A DNA stretch of 64,000 bases from Thermoplasmatota archaeon (lineage in GTDB: Archaea > Thermoplasmatota > Thermoplasmata > Halarchaeoplasmatales > Halarchaeoplasmataceae): the NCBI GenBank assembly GCA_051745305.1, contig JBNJDY010000002.1, forward strand, positions 2,822-66,821, written 5' to 3'. The notes beneath the pieces are model-generated. The model was not told the DNA's origin and made no database searches. It saw only the letters and a list, made by a program, of their open reading frames with translations. Each line of letters begins with the position of its first letter. Position 1 is the first letter of the stretch. Shown piece after piece: positions 9,657-18,711 of this stretch. Both the position numbers and the translations under genes were made by a program.

Positions 9657-10895
9657 ATGAAAAAATACAAGGAATTTGGTGGTCATTTGGAAGAAGAAGA
9701 CATAAGGGATAGTTCTAGAAAGCTGACGCAAAAAATCGATGAAATTCAAAAGAAACACGAACAGCTTCTAGAAGAGACTAATACACAGGGTTTCAATAAT
9801 GACTATGTAAGGAATGAATTAGAGCGGCTTAAAAGAGAAACAAGAGAGATAAAAAAAGAGATAGCTCGTTTGAAGAAACCTCCACTTATAGTAGGAACCA
9901 TCAAGGAATCTTTACCTAATGGACAGGCAGTAATCGAAAGCTCTACAGGACCAGATTTCATCGTCAATGTTGCTGATTATTTACCTAAACACCTAATCAG
10001 ATCGGGGACTAGAGTTGCCCTTAATAAACAAACTCTATCTATTGTAAAAACATTACCACCCTCTGCTGATCCTAATGTGATGGGTGCTGAAATAGTGTCC
10101 AAACCAGAGATTACATATAATGACATAGGTGGATTGAACGACCAAATCCTTGAAGTTAAAGAAACAATAGAAGAACCACTGCTTTACCCAGAGAAATTTA
10201 AAAAAGTCGGTATCGAACCACCTAAGGGTGTCCTTCTTGTTGGTCCGCCCGGTACGGGTAAGACCATGATCGCTAAAGCAGCAGCTAATCGTACGAATGC
10301 AACTTTTATAAAGTTCGTTGGATCCGAATTAGTTCAAAAGTATATCGGTGAAGGTGCTAGAATGGTCAGAGAGCTATTTGATATGGCTCGGGATAAAGCA
10401 CCTACTATAATCTTTATCGATGAGTTGGATTCAGTTGCTACGAAAAGATTAGAAGGTGCAACCTCTGGTGATAGAGAGGTTCAAAGAACGATGATGCAGT
10501 TACTCTCAGAACTTGATGGATTCGATTCTATTGGTGAGATCAAAGTAATGGGCGCAACTAATAGACCAGAACTTTTAGATAAAGCTCTTCTCAGGCCCGG
10601 TAGGTTCGATAGAATAATCAAAATACCATTACCTAATAAAGACGCTAGACGGAAAATATTTGAAATACATATGGCTAAAATGTCTATGGATGGAGATATA
10701 AATCTAGATAACCTCGCTAAGAAAACAGAGAACGCTAGTGGTGCTGATATCAAAGCGATATGTACTGAAGCCGGGATGTTCTCAATTAGAGACAATAGAG
10801 ATCAAACTAACTATGATGATTTCCAAAAGGCTATAGATAAGGTCCTGAGCGACTCTCCAGAAAGGGAAATTAAAAAACAGGTCATGTTCGCATAA
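9657..10895 (+). CDS. pan: Proteasome-activating nucleotidase (AAA+ ATPase, Rpt homologue)
   Basis: N-terminal coiled coil, Walker A GPPGTGKT, Walker B IIFIDELD, AAA second region of homology. 412 aa. Confidence 0.9.
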   Translation: MKKYKEFGGHLEEEDIRDSSRKLTQKIDEIQKKHEQLLEETNTQGFNNDYVRNELERLKRETREIKKEIARLKKPPLIVGTIKESLPNGQAVIESSTGPDFIVNVADYLPKHLIRSGTRVALNKQTLSIVKTLPPSADPNVMGAEIVSKPEITYNDIGGLNDQILEVKETIEEPLLYPEKFKKVGIEPPKGVLLVGPPGTGKTMIAKAAANRTNATFIKFVGSELVQKYIGEGARMVRELFDMARDKAPTIIFIDELDSVATKRLEGATSGDREVQRTMMQLLSELDGFDSIGEIKVMGATNRPELLDKALLRPGRFDRIIKIPLPNKDARRKIFEIHMAKMSMDGDINLDNLAKKTENASGADIKAICTEAGMFSIRDNRDQTNYDDFQKAIDKVLSDSPEREIKKQVMFA

Positions 10896-10912
10896 GATAG
10901 GGTCACTAGATA

Positions 10913-11077
10913 TTATTTATCAGTTTCTTTTTCTAGATCTTCTTCCAGAATCAGAACTCCCACGTAATCGCATTTTCGACAGTGATATTTGTAACCAGTC
11001 ATCATACCAGCTTCTGATACGATATCTGTGCTCCCGCATTTAGGGCACCTTTTTATTGTTTTATTAATATATACCAA
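10913..11077 (-). CDS. Possible small zinc-ribbon protein (C-P-K-C ... C-R-K-C). Only a TTG start is available.
   Basis: Translation ...KRCPKCGSTDIVSEAGMMTGYKYHCRKCDYVGV... contains two CxxC pairs. There is no in-frame ATG. The ORF is absent from the track because of its length and start codon. Confidence 0.2.
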   Translation of the reverse strand: MVYINKTIKRCPKCGSTDIVSEAGMMTGYKYHCRKCDYVGVLILEEDLEKETDK

Positions 11078-11094
11078 CTCGATTGTAAAGTTGT

Positions 11095-11310
11095 CCCCTG
11101 GCTGTAACAGTAAGGTTCATCGTAGGGGACGTCCATCTCCCCGTCCTGACTCTAGCCAGGGGCTTGTCCGGTTTTGGGGTTGGTCCTTGTTCATAGAAGG
11201 ACGTCGCGTCCTGATCTCACAAGGGGACCCATCAAAACCATGTCCCGCACTTGCATCACGATTCATAGTCCTGGGAAACTCCCCGTGACCTTCTATGCAG
11301 GACATATAAA
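11095..11310. ncRNA. GC-rich island (about 58% GC against a background near 33%), densely self-complementary. It is a candidate structured ncRNA, possibly SRP/7S RNA or RNase P RNA; strand was not resolved.
   Basis: Multiple perfect stems: CCCCUGGCU/AGCCAGGGG, GGACGUCGCGUCC, CCUUG...CAAGG, GUCCUG...CAGGAC. Both overlapping ORFs translate to Arg/Pro-rich nonsense. The tRNAs in this genome are similarly GC-rich. Confidence 0.45.
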
Positions 11311-11453
11311 ATACATCTATACTATTATTTCAATCCACCGGACTTGTAATTAAAGAAGATCTTATAATCATTGGGTTGTAGACAAAAAGTATATATAATT
11401 CGTTAATGTGGTGTATGGCTGATATAAGTGGACTCTGGCAATGGAGGAACTTA

Positions 11454-11933
11454 ATGCCTAAAGGCCAGTATAGCGATGAAAAAATATTGTTAATCGCAAG
11501 TTATAGGGAAGAGTACGATCGAAATGCCCTAAGGAAGATTAGAAAATACATTTTTAAAATTCAACCAGATAGGATAATCATATCTAAGATAATTGAAGAA
11601 GATTCTACATCAGAACTAGTGGACGCCAATTTAGGGATGGAAGAAAAAAAAGATTTTTTGGAAACAGTTAGGGAAGGAAAAAAGACCCAGGCTGACGAGC
11701 ATGCAGAGAATTTGATAAAAATGGTTGAAGCTGTTGGTATTCCAGCAGAAGTTAGATTAAGAAAAACAGAAGAGATATCCGATGAAATCATCCAGGATTT
11801 TAATCGAATCGGTGTTGATTATGTTATCATCCATAGTAGTAAAAAAGGTCCTATTTCCAGTATTATAGAAGGCTCTACCGCTAAAAAAGTGAAAAAAGAA
11901 CTGCCGGAAAAGACTGTGATTCCAGTTGATTGA
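11454..11933 (+). CDS. Universal stress protein (UspA family)
   Basis: C-terminal VDYVIIHSSKKGPISSIIEGSTAKKV is a Usp ATP-binding motif. The likely start is at MPKGQYSDEK, not the track's upstream Met. Confidence 0.65.
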   Translation: MPKGQYSDEKILLIASYREEYDRNALRKIRKYIFKIQPDRIIISKIIEEDSTSELVDANLGMEEKKDFLETVREGKKTQADEHAENLIKMVEAVGIPAEVRLRKTEEISDEIIQDFNRIGVDYVIIHSSKKGPISSIIEGSTAKKVKKELPEKTVIPVD

Positions 11934-11965
11934 TAAAATAATAACAAATCACCCTAAATCTTTTA

Positions 11966-13810
11966 TTGTATAATATTAGATATCCATTCATGTCCATTAT
12001 AAGATTAGGTAAGTTACATTTACATTGGTGTAAAGAATGTAATATCCCACTAGTCGAAGAAGGCAAGTGTGGTACCTGTTCATCTGAGAGTGAACAAGTT
12101 AAGATAACACCACCCGGTGACGTAAGACCTGCCTTTTCACTAGATAGAAAACGGTTGGAAAAAACCATTGATCACCAATGGGGTGAATCCTATTACAAAG
12201 AACTGTTCGGGAAAAGGGAAGTTATACTTTTAAACAATTCACCCCACATAGATAGGATGGATGAAGTGATTATAGATGGACATGTGGTGGGGAATTTAAG
12301 GTACAACATATTCAAAAGAGCTGAAGGTAAAGAACCCTATGAATTTTTGATAAGACCGTGGAAAAATATGCCAAAACCTAAGAAGGGATTTGTTATAGTC
12401 GATGATGGAGCGGTAAAACCAATATTGAATGGAGCTAGTATATTAGCACCAGGAATAATCGAAGTCGATGAAAATATAGAAACAGACGACGAGGTATTGA
12501 TACTCGATAAACAAGGAGATATAATCGCTGCTGGTTCTGCTCAGATGGATGCCTCGGAAATATTAGAATCTGATTATGGAAAATCGGTGAAAAATCGCTG
12601 GAGGGTATCAGATTTTACTTTAAATGATACATCACCTGATTGGGACACTGTTCTCAAGGCGAATGAGCATTTGATCGATAAAAGAGTAATAAAAGCGGTT
12701 AATTTCATCAGGGACAAAACCGATAAAACTGAATTACCAACGGCTGTAGCTTACAGTGGCGGAAAAGATTCCTTAGCGGCATTACATCTCGTGATGGATG
12801 CAGGTATAAAACCAGATCTTATGTTCATTAACACTGGTATAGAATTACCAGAAACTGTTGAGAATGTCAAAAATATAGCTGAAAAATATGATCTAAACTT
12901 ATTCTCTAAAAGGGCTAGAAGTGGTTATTGGGATAATGTTGATCATTTTGGTCCATCAGCTAGAGATTATCGTTGGTGCTGCAAAACTTGTAAATTAGGT
13001 CCAACAGCTCTATTGATAAATGAAGAGTATCCCGATGGTGTATTATCTTTCATCGGCCAACGTAGGTACGAATCGGAACAAAGGAAAGACAAAGGAAGTA
13101 CCTGGAACAACCCGTGGGTTCCTGGCCAAAGATCTGCTTCACCTATACAGGATTGGACGGCCTTGCACATATGGATGTACTTGTTTTTGAAGGATGCAGA
13201 TTATAACCCATTATATGAAAATGGATTCGAAAGAATTGGATGCTGGGTCTGTCCAGCATCTGACATTGAAGAACTTGAAACGCTGAAAGAAAGGTTTGAA
13301 GGATATAACAAGTTTGGAGAAGTTTTAGAAGAATATAGAAATAAGGCTAAACTCCCTGAAGTCTGGAAAGAACTAGGACTCTGGCGATGGAATGATGTAC
13401 CTAAAGAAATGGAGATCCTTTTAGATAGGATCGATGAAAATTATACAACCGAAACACCATCAAAAGAAGTAAAACCTTCTATATCTGAAATGATGGAGGA
13501 TCAAAGAACTAGAAATTTACTAAATATAATACTGCCCAAAGAGATAATAGAAACATATAACAACTCAAAAATAAGTGAATTCAAGGGAAAGCTCGAAGAA
13601 CGGGGTTTATCTCACGGAGATATCTATGAGATCTATATCAAAGCTAGATACTGTGCTGAATGCGGTATCTGCGTTGCTAGATGTCCCAACGATGCTATAA
13701 AATTTCAACATGGAATTTACATCAATACTGAGAAATGTAATAGCTGTAGAACCTGCCTAGGTAAATGTCCGGTGGTTGAATTTGATGCAAGAGTTATTTA
13801 TCCAGAATAA
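11966..13810 (+). CDS. Multidomain protein: Zn ribbon, then PUA domain, then PP-loop ATPase (PAPS reductase / CysH-like), then a C-terminal 2x[4Fe-4S] ferredoxin. Probably an RNA (tRNA) modification or sulfur-transfer enzyme.
   Basis: N-terminal CKECN...CGTC. PUA-like GFVIVDDGAVKPILNGASILAPGI. PP-loop VAYSGGKDSLAALHLV. A WCCKTCKLGP motif. C-terminal CAECGICVARCP ... CNSCRTCLGKCP. Confidence 0.7.
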   Translation: MYNIRYPFMSIIRLGKLHLHWCKECNIPLVEEGKCGTCSSESEQVKITPPGDVRPAFSLDRKRLEKTIDHQWGESYYKELFGKREVILLNNSPHIDRMDEVIIDGHVVGNLRYNIFKRAEGKEPYEFLIRPWKNMPKPKKGFVIVDDGAVKPILNGASILAPGIIEVDENIETDDEVLILDKQGDIIAAGSAQMDASEILESDYGKSVKNRWRVSDFTLNDTSPDWDTVLKANEHLIDKRVIKAVNFIRDKTDKTELPTAVAYSGGKDSLAALHLVMDAGIKPDLMFINTGIELPETVENVKNIAEKYDLNLFSKRARSGYWDNVDHFGPSARDYRWCCKTCKLGPTALLINEEYPDGVLSFIGQRRYESEQRKDKGSTWNNPWVPGQRSASPIQDWTALHIWMYLFLKDADYNPLYENGFERIGCWVCPASDIEELETLKERFEGYNKFGEVLEEYRNKAKLPEVWKELGLWRWNDVPKEMEILLDRIDENYTTETPSKEVKPSISEMMEDQRTRNLLNIILPKEIIETYNNSKISEFKGKLEERGLSHGDIYEIYIKARYCAECGICVARCPNDAIKFQHGIYINTEKCNSCRTCLGKCPVVEFDARVIYPE

Positions 13811-13814
13811 CCAT

Positions 13815-14894
13815 TCATTTAAAAATATCTTTTATATCATTTGCACCGGCGTCGGTTTTTAATCCAGTAGGCTTGAAATGGGTTCTAGAAACTTTAAATC
13901 CATTGCAGCGTACTCTTTCTTTTAATTCATTCATAGATGGTGGAGCGATCTTAAAGTAACTACCAATTGTATTACTATCATAAAAAAAGGGAGGCATATC
14001 ACATTCACTTTTCCAAAGTGAGATCGTTTCTTCATCAAGTTTGCCTACAGGTTCCATTTCTTTCAAGATTTTTTTAGAGGATAGTTTTTCAGACCATAGA
14101 GGACCAGCTTTTTTAAATTTATTTTTATATTTACCTTTCTCCACGTACCAACCTAGTTCATCAAAATAGTATGTTTCTAATTTATCGATGGCTTGATTCC
14201 CTCTTCTTGCTCCTTCTCTAATTTTCAAGTAGGTTCTGAAATGATGACCATTGTAATAAGAAAGCAAAGGAACAGCACCTTTATCGTATCTAGCTGCTTC
14301 CCTCACACAGAACCCGATCAAGATACGTAGGCCGATCTCGTGACAGCACCAGTTATTGATAGAATCAGATGAATATCGTCTATAGCAAACTTTTGGATAT
14401 GTTCCACATAAAGGCGCAGTATCAGTTGCCGTTACTGCTATCACACCTCGGTTAGATATAGATTTCACAGCAGGTGAATAAAAAGGTACTGGAGTTCCAA
14501 AAGGGTCGATATCGATGTAATCATATTCGTAACGATTTTCTAGTAAATGTATTTCTATAGCTTCATTACTAGGGGTCACGTTTTTTAGTTCATTTAATTC
14601 TATGTTTTTCTTCATCAGCTCAAAGGCATCTTGATCAACGTCGTTGACAACAACGTCACCGCATTTAATCTCATTACCCACCCTTATACCTCTAGCACCA
14701 GATGCAGCCATACCATCTAATATCCTTTCATTTCCATCACAAAGTGCCTTTAAAAAAGATATACATATGTCTCTATTGATTTCCATAGATGGATTGTAAA
14801 AAACTTTGGTACGAGAGCTTTTTGGACCGAGTTTATTTTCATGTTCGGGAACAAGAAGATCTGTTTTCCCTTCCCGGATCTTAATTAGATTCAC
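13815..14894 (-). CDS. trm1: tRNA (guanine26-N2)-dimethyltransferase
   Basis: TRM1 family motifs (FYNPSMEINRD, ILDGMAASGARGIR). 359 aa. Confidence 0.85.
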   Translation of the reverse strand: MNLIKIREGKTDLLVPEHENKLGPKSSRTKVFYNPSMEINRDICISFLKALCDGNERILDGMAASGARGIRVGNEIKCGDVVVNDVDQDAFELMKKNIELNELKNVTPSNEAIEIHLLENRYEYDYIDIDPFGTPVPFYSPAVKSISNRGVIAVTATDTAPLCGTYPKVCYRRYSSDSINNWCCHEIGLRILIGFCVREAARYDKGAVPLLSYYNGHHFRTYLKIREGARRGNQAIDKLETYYFDELGWYVEKGKYKNKFKKAGPLWSEKLSSKKILKEMEPVGKLDEETISLWKSECDMPPFFYDSNTIGSYFKIAPPSMNELKERVRCNGFKVSRTHFKPTGLKTDAGANDIKDIFK

Positions 14895-14922
14895 AAGTAA
14901 CCTCCAAAGTGATTTAGGGTTA

Positions 14923-15480
14923 TTATCCCATTTCTTCTTTGAAAAGGTCCACGACCTTGTAGGGGAGTAAATCTCTGTTCACATCGGTCAGTTCTAACAT
15001 CCTGACATCATCCCGTCTCCTTACATCCTGCAACAGTGGATTCCTAGATTTTTTATTGAATGTAAGGATCATAGGTTTGTTTACGTTCAAAGCTATTTTA
15101 ACGATCTTGTTAAATTCCTCGCTTTCCACCTGCATCTTACCTATTTCATCAACCAGTATCATGTCTTCATTTCGAATTGCATCTTCTACAGCTCTTACAC
15201 CCACCTGGTTTAAAGCATCTAAATCAACACCATATCCCTTTATACTTATTTGAGAATCAAGGCTAAGATGTGCAAAAACAGCTTTTTCTTTCGTTTTCCA
15301 GTTCATGACCTGGAATCCCATCTGTCTATTATCTTCTAGTATGGGTTCAGTTATCATACCCCCTACACTAACTCCTTCTTCAGAAAGCATGCTTATTATC
15401 CTTTTCAAAGTGTCAGTTTTACCGATACCGATAACACCACTGATACCAACCTTTAAACTTTTGACCATCTTATCTACCAT
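14923..15480 (-). CDS. Nucleoside-triphosphatase, THEP1 family (archaeal MJ1559-like)
   Basis: P-loop VGISGVIGIGKTD, about 185 aa, THEP1-like layout. Confidence 0.65.
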   Translation of the reverse strand: MVDKMVKSLKVGISGVIGIGKTDTLKRIISMLSEEGVSVGGMITEPILEDNRQMGFQVMNWKTKEKAVFAHLSLDSQISIKGYGVDLDALNQVGVRAVEDAIRNEDMILVDEIGKMQVESEEFNKIVKIALNVNKPMILTFNKKSRNPLLQDVRRRDDVRMLELTDVNRDLLPYKVVDLFKEEMG

Positions 15481-15558
15481 CCCTAAACGCTCTTCTAATA
15501 CTAGTATTTTGTTTAAATTCCCTAATCATGATCGCTATATTATTCAAGTATTCATTAT

Positions 15559-15954
15559 TCAATCTAACTTATCTATATACATTAGAGGATAATTAAGTTC
15601 TTCGATATATTTGAGTACACCCTCTGCTTCAATTCCTTCAAATTCCACAACTACTTTAGCTTCTATCATGTCCTCTGTCAGTGTAGTGTATTCAAATATG
15701 CCTTTTTCTTTCTTTTCTTTTGATCTTTCCAAATCTATACGAACTTCAGCGGATTTAACGTAAGCCTGTCTTTCCGTTGTTTTTTCCATTGCCTTTGCTA
15801 GAATATTGGCATTTTCTTCACTCACTGGTGCACCTATGAATTGGTGAAATAACGCTCCAAGTTTTATCCCTAGTTCAAAGGCTGTTCTTTCTCTTTTATT
15901 ACATTGGAAATAACTATTTGCAATTTCTTCTTTTTCCTTGGTCATATTTATCAA
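15559..15954 (-). CDS. Conserved small archaeal protein; possibly dihydroneopterin aldolase MptD family
   Basis: Motif AFELGIKLGALFHQFIGAPVSEENA resembles the archaeal MptD family from memory; this is not certain. It overlaps the downstream start by about 40 nt. Confidence 0.35.
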   Translation of the reverse strand: MINMTKEKEEIANSYFQCNKRERTAFELGIKLGALFHQFIGAPVSEENANILAKAMEKTTERQAYVKSAEVRIDLERSKEKKEKGIFEYTTLTEDMIEAKVVVEFEGIEAEGVLKYIEELNYPLMYIDKLD

Positions 15955-16681
15955 CCAAAACTGGTCCGAATATTACATACAATACGCAGACAAATAAAGT
16001 TATCCATATAAATATATTGCCGATATTTATACCCCATATGTTTAGAATAAATCCTATCAATGCTAAAAATAAAAATAAAAGCCCTATAGATTTTCTTTTT
16101 GAATCGATCAATTTTGGATAAGGTAGGTTACTGTAAAGTAGAAATGAAATAGATAAGATCACAAATAGTGGAATGTAGGATGAAACCTTGTATACCTCTC
16201 CCCAACCAAAAATATATGTTATACATGCTATCAAAAGTGTAAACAATGGGGTAGGTAAACCTGTGTATATTTGATCTTCTTGCTGTATATCAACGAATCT
16301 AGATAATCTTAACACACCGAAAAAAACAACCATCATTGATACTAACGTTGATAAGGCATTTACAGGTGATTGCCATGCTCCGCCCAAAGTTAGGTCATAA
16401 TAAGAAGAATATATCAACAAAGCAGGAGCGAAACAAAATGATAGTGTGTCAGAAATCACATCAAGATATGAACCTAATTCATGGACAAGGTTTAATCTTC
16501 TAGCAAGGTATCCATCTAGCCCATCTAATCCTATACATATCACAAGTAATATGGATGCCAAATGGAGTTTTCTATCGATGATATAAGTGATCGCTAAGAA
16601 TCCTAACAAACCGTTGGATAGGGTGATATAGTCAGGAATGTTTAGTGAACCTAAAGTTTCTTTAATCTTCATCCCAAACAC
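15914..16681 (-). CDS. CDP-alcohol phosphatidyltransferase (archaetidylserine synthase-like)
   Basis: Signature DG(x)2AR(x)8G(x)3D(x)3D (DGLDGYLARRLNLVHELGSYLDVISD). Polytopic membrane protein. Confidence 0.75.
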   Translation of the reverse strand: MFGMKIKETLGSLNIPDYITLSNGLLGFLAITYIIDRKLHLASILLVICIGLDGLDGYLARRLNLVHELGSYLDVISDTLSFCFAPALLIYSSYYDLTLGGAWQSPVNALSTLVSMMVVFFGVLRLSRFVDIQQEDQIYTGLPTPLFTLLIACITYIFGWGEVYKVSSYIPLFVILSISFLLYSNLPYPKLIDSKRKSIGLLFLFLALIGFILNIWGINIGNIFIWITLFVCVLYVIFGPVLVDKYDQGKRRNCK

Positions 16682-17270
16682 CTATTGTCGATTCGCCTGC
16701 TCTCACTTTATCACCTTTTTCAGCAGTTATATCTAAATTATCTGGAAGGTCCAATCTAACCCGTGATCCGAAACGGATTAAACCTATCCGTTCACCCTTT
16801 TGTAGTTCATCACCTTTATCGATATACGGTACTATTCGTCTAGCAAAAAATCCTGTTATTTGATGGATCTTTATAGTTCCATAATCGGTGACTAAGGTGA
16901 TTACATGTTTAAAATTATTCTCAGATTTTTCTGAAAAAGCTAGATTGAATTCTCCATGAATCCATTTTGCATCTTTTATCTTTCCTGAATATGGTGATCT
17001 GTTTACGTGTACGTTGGTGATATTCATGAACACGTCTATCCTGTTGATCTCCTTATCTACCAATATCACATTTCCATCAGCAGGTGAAACCAACCCCTTG
17101 CCGATAGTTCTGTCTGGATCTCTAAAAAATATAACTAACGCTAAAGCCAATATCAAGAATAATATTGTAAAATAAAAAATTGGGTACCACATATAGTATC
17201 CTATTACGATAGTAAAAAAAACTAGAATTGATGAAATTGTAATTGGCTTTAAAGATCCTTTAGCTAACAT
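16662..17270 (-). CDS. Phosphatidylserine-decarboxylase-like proenzyme (archaetidylserine decarboxylase)
   Basis: PSD-family C-terminal FGSRV cleavage/pyruvoyl motif. It overlaps the synthase gene by 20 nt, consistent with an operon. Confidence 0.75.
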   Translation of the reverse strand: MLAKGSLKPITISSILVFFTIVIGYYMWYPIFYFTILFLILALALVIFFRDPDRTIGKGLVSPADGNVILVDKEINRIDVFMNITNVHVNRSPYSGKIKDAKWIHGEFNLAFSEKSENNFKHVITLVTDYGTIKIHQITGFFARRIVPYIDKGDELQKGERIGLIRFGSRVRLDLPDNLDITAEKGDKVRAGESTIGVWDED

Positions 17271-17322
17271 ATACAGTTAAAATAAATAGAAGGGGGTAAA
17301 TGTTTTTTGCTGTATGTTTTTC

Positions 17323-18468
17323 CTAATCTACCATATCTATTCCGTCTCCGGAACTGATCATGGATTCATGGGCTAGTTGGTCAGATTCTGAATGAACGTT
17401 AGTTATAACCAATAATATCTTCATTGTGTTCTTTAAATCTTCTTCGACATTACAACCCCAGATTATCCTTGCATCGCCGGATATCTTTTCGTTCACTAGA
17501 TCTGCAGCTCTTTCTGCTTCGGTTACGGTCATGTCTGGACCACCTGTAACCCTGATTAGCGCGCCGTTAGCATCGCTCAAGTCTATCTCACCTAACAATG
17601 GTGAACCGATGGCTTGGTTAACCGCGTCGTCGACTCTATTGTTTGGATCGTCAGAATCACCGATACCGATCATCGCGACACCTCCGTCATCCATTATGGT
17701 TCTAACATCGTTGTAATCCAAGTTTACAAGACCCGGCTTAGTGATTATTTCAGTCATCCCTTTGATAGATTCCATCAATATTTCGTCTGCAACTTTGAAT
17801 GCAGCGTTAAGAGAAAGATTAGGTACCAATTCCAATAGTTTGTCGTTGGGTATTATAACGGTTGTATCACAGTATCGTTCTAATTTAGAAAGACCTTTTT
17901 TAGCATTCTTCATTCTTTCTCTGCCTTCTCCTTCAAAAGGAAGTGTAACTACACCCATAACAAGTGCTTCTTCTTCTTTTGCTAGTTCAGCAACAACAGG
18001 TGCTACACCAGTACCAGTACCTCCTCCCATACCTGCTGTGATGAAAACTATATCAGCACCTTCCATGTGTTTCTTTAATTCTTCTTTTGATTCTCTAGCA
18101 GATTTCTCACCTATCTCTGGCCTGGCACCTGCACCTAGACCTCTAGTAGTGTTTTTGCCTATCAAAACCTTTTTCTGAGCATGAGTATGGAGTAGATGCT
18201 TTGCATCTGTATTACATGCAATCAATTCAGCCCCGCTGATACCCTCTTCTGTCAGACGATCTAAAGTATTACATCCTCCACCACCACAGCCAAATATTCT
18301 AATTTTGACCTCTAGTGTTTCGAGTAAATTCCGAAGCTCTTCGTCTTCAGGAGCTTCTTCGATCGTTTCTTCATCGACATCATCTATCGTTTTTCCTCTA
18401 GGTTTTTCTCTTTCAAATTTTTCATCCTTCTCGTGCTTATTTAAAGCCTGATTTATTATTGACTCCAT
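17323..18468 (-). CDS. ftsZ: Cell division GTPase FtsZ (start taken at the internal MESIINQ)
   Basis: Tubulin signature GGGTGTG plus T7-loop features. The track's N-terminal 28 aa are probably upstream read-through. Confidence 0.9.
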   Translation of the reverse strand: MESIINQALNKHEKDEKFEREKPRGKTIDDVDEETIEEAPEDEELRNLLETLEVKIRIFGCGGGGCNTLDRLTEEGISGAELIACNTDAKHLLHTHAQKKVLIGKNTTRGLGAGARPEIGEKSARESKEELKKHMEGADIVFITAGMGGGTGTGVAPVVAELAKEEEALVMGVVTLPFEGEGRERMKNAKKGLSKLERYCDTTVIIPNDKLLELVPNLSLNAAFKVADEILMESIKGMTEIITKPGLVNLDYNDVRTIMDDGGVAMIGIGDSDDPNNRVDDAVNQAIGSPLLGEIDLSDANGALIRVTGGPDMTVTEAERAADLVNEKISGDARIIWGCNVEEDLKNTMKILLVITNVHSESDQLAHESMISSGDGIDMVD

Positions 18469-18711
18469 ATAGGATCCCGTCCATTTAATTGGTAGATGGA
18501 ACTTATTATAAGTATTTAAATTATTTGGGTATATCGTCAAAAAATCATACAATTTAACCTATTTTGTCAGAAATTTTTTAAATGTATCATATATAATTGA
18601 TTTACGTCATACAACAATCCAATATTTGTCTGACGGTATGAGATTATTCAATTCATCCTAAAACCTCACATAACATTTTTATCAAATGATAATCTAAGAC
18701 TTTCGGATATT

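Noticed and set aside
11028-11305. Two overlapping six-frame ORFs (86 aa on the plus strand, 62 aa on the minus strand) across the GC-rich island
   Set aside because: Both translations are Arg/Pro/Gly-rich low-complexity sequence, typical of reading through GC-rich structured RNA. The region is better explained as ncRNA.
11095-11310. Definitive assignment of the GC-rich element as SRP RNA or RNase P RNA
   Set aside because: I could not locate the invariant helix-8 or P4 motifs on either strand by eye. It is kept as an unassigned structured-RNA candidate.
18553-18711. A C/D-box sRNA in the ftsZ-dys spacer (AUGAUAA / CUGA-like strings). Similar strings occur in the 41784-42018 spacer.
   Set aside because: The motifs are imperfect (no clean RUGAUGA...CUGA pairs with terminal stem) and are expected by chance in AT-rich spacers. 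They are more likely promoter DNA.
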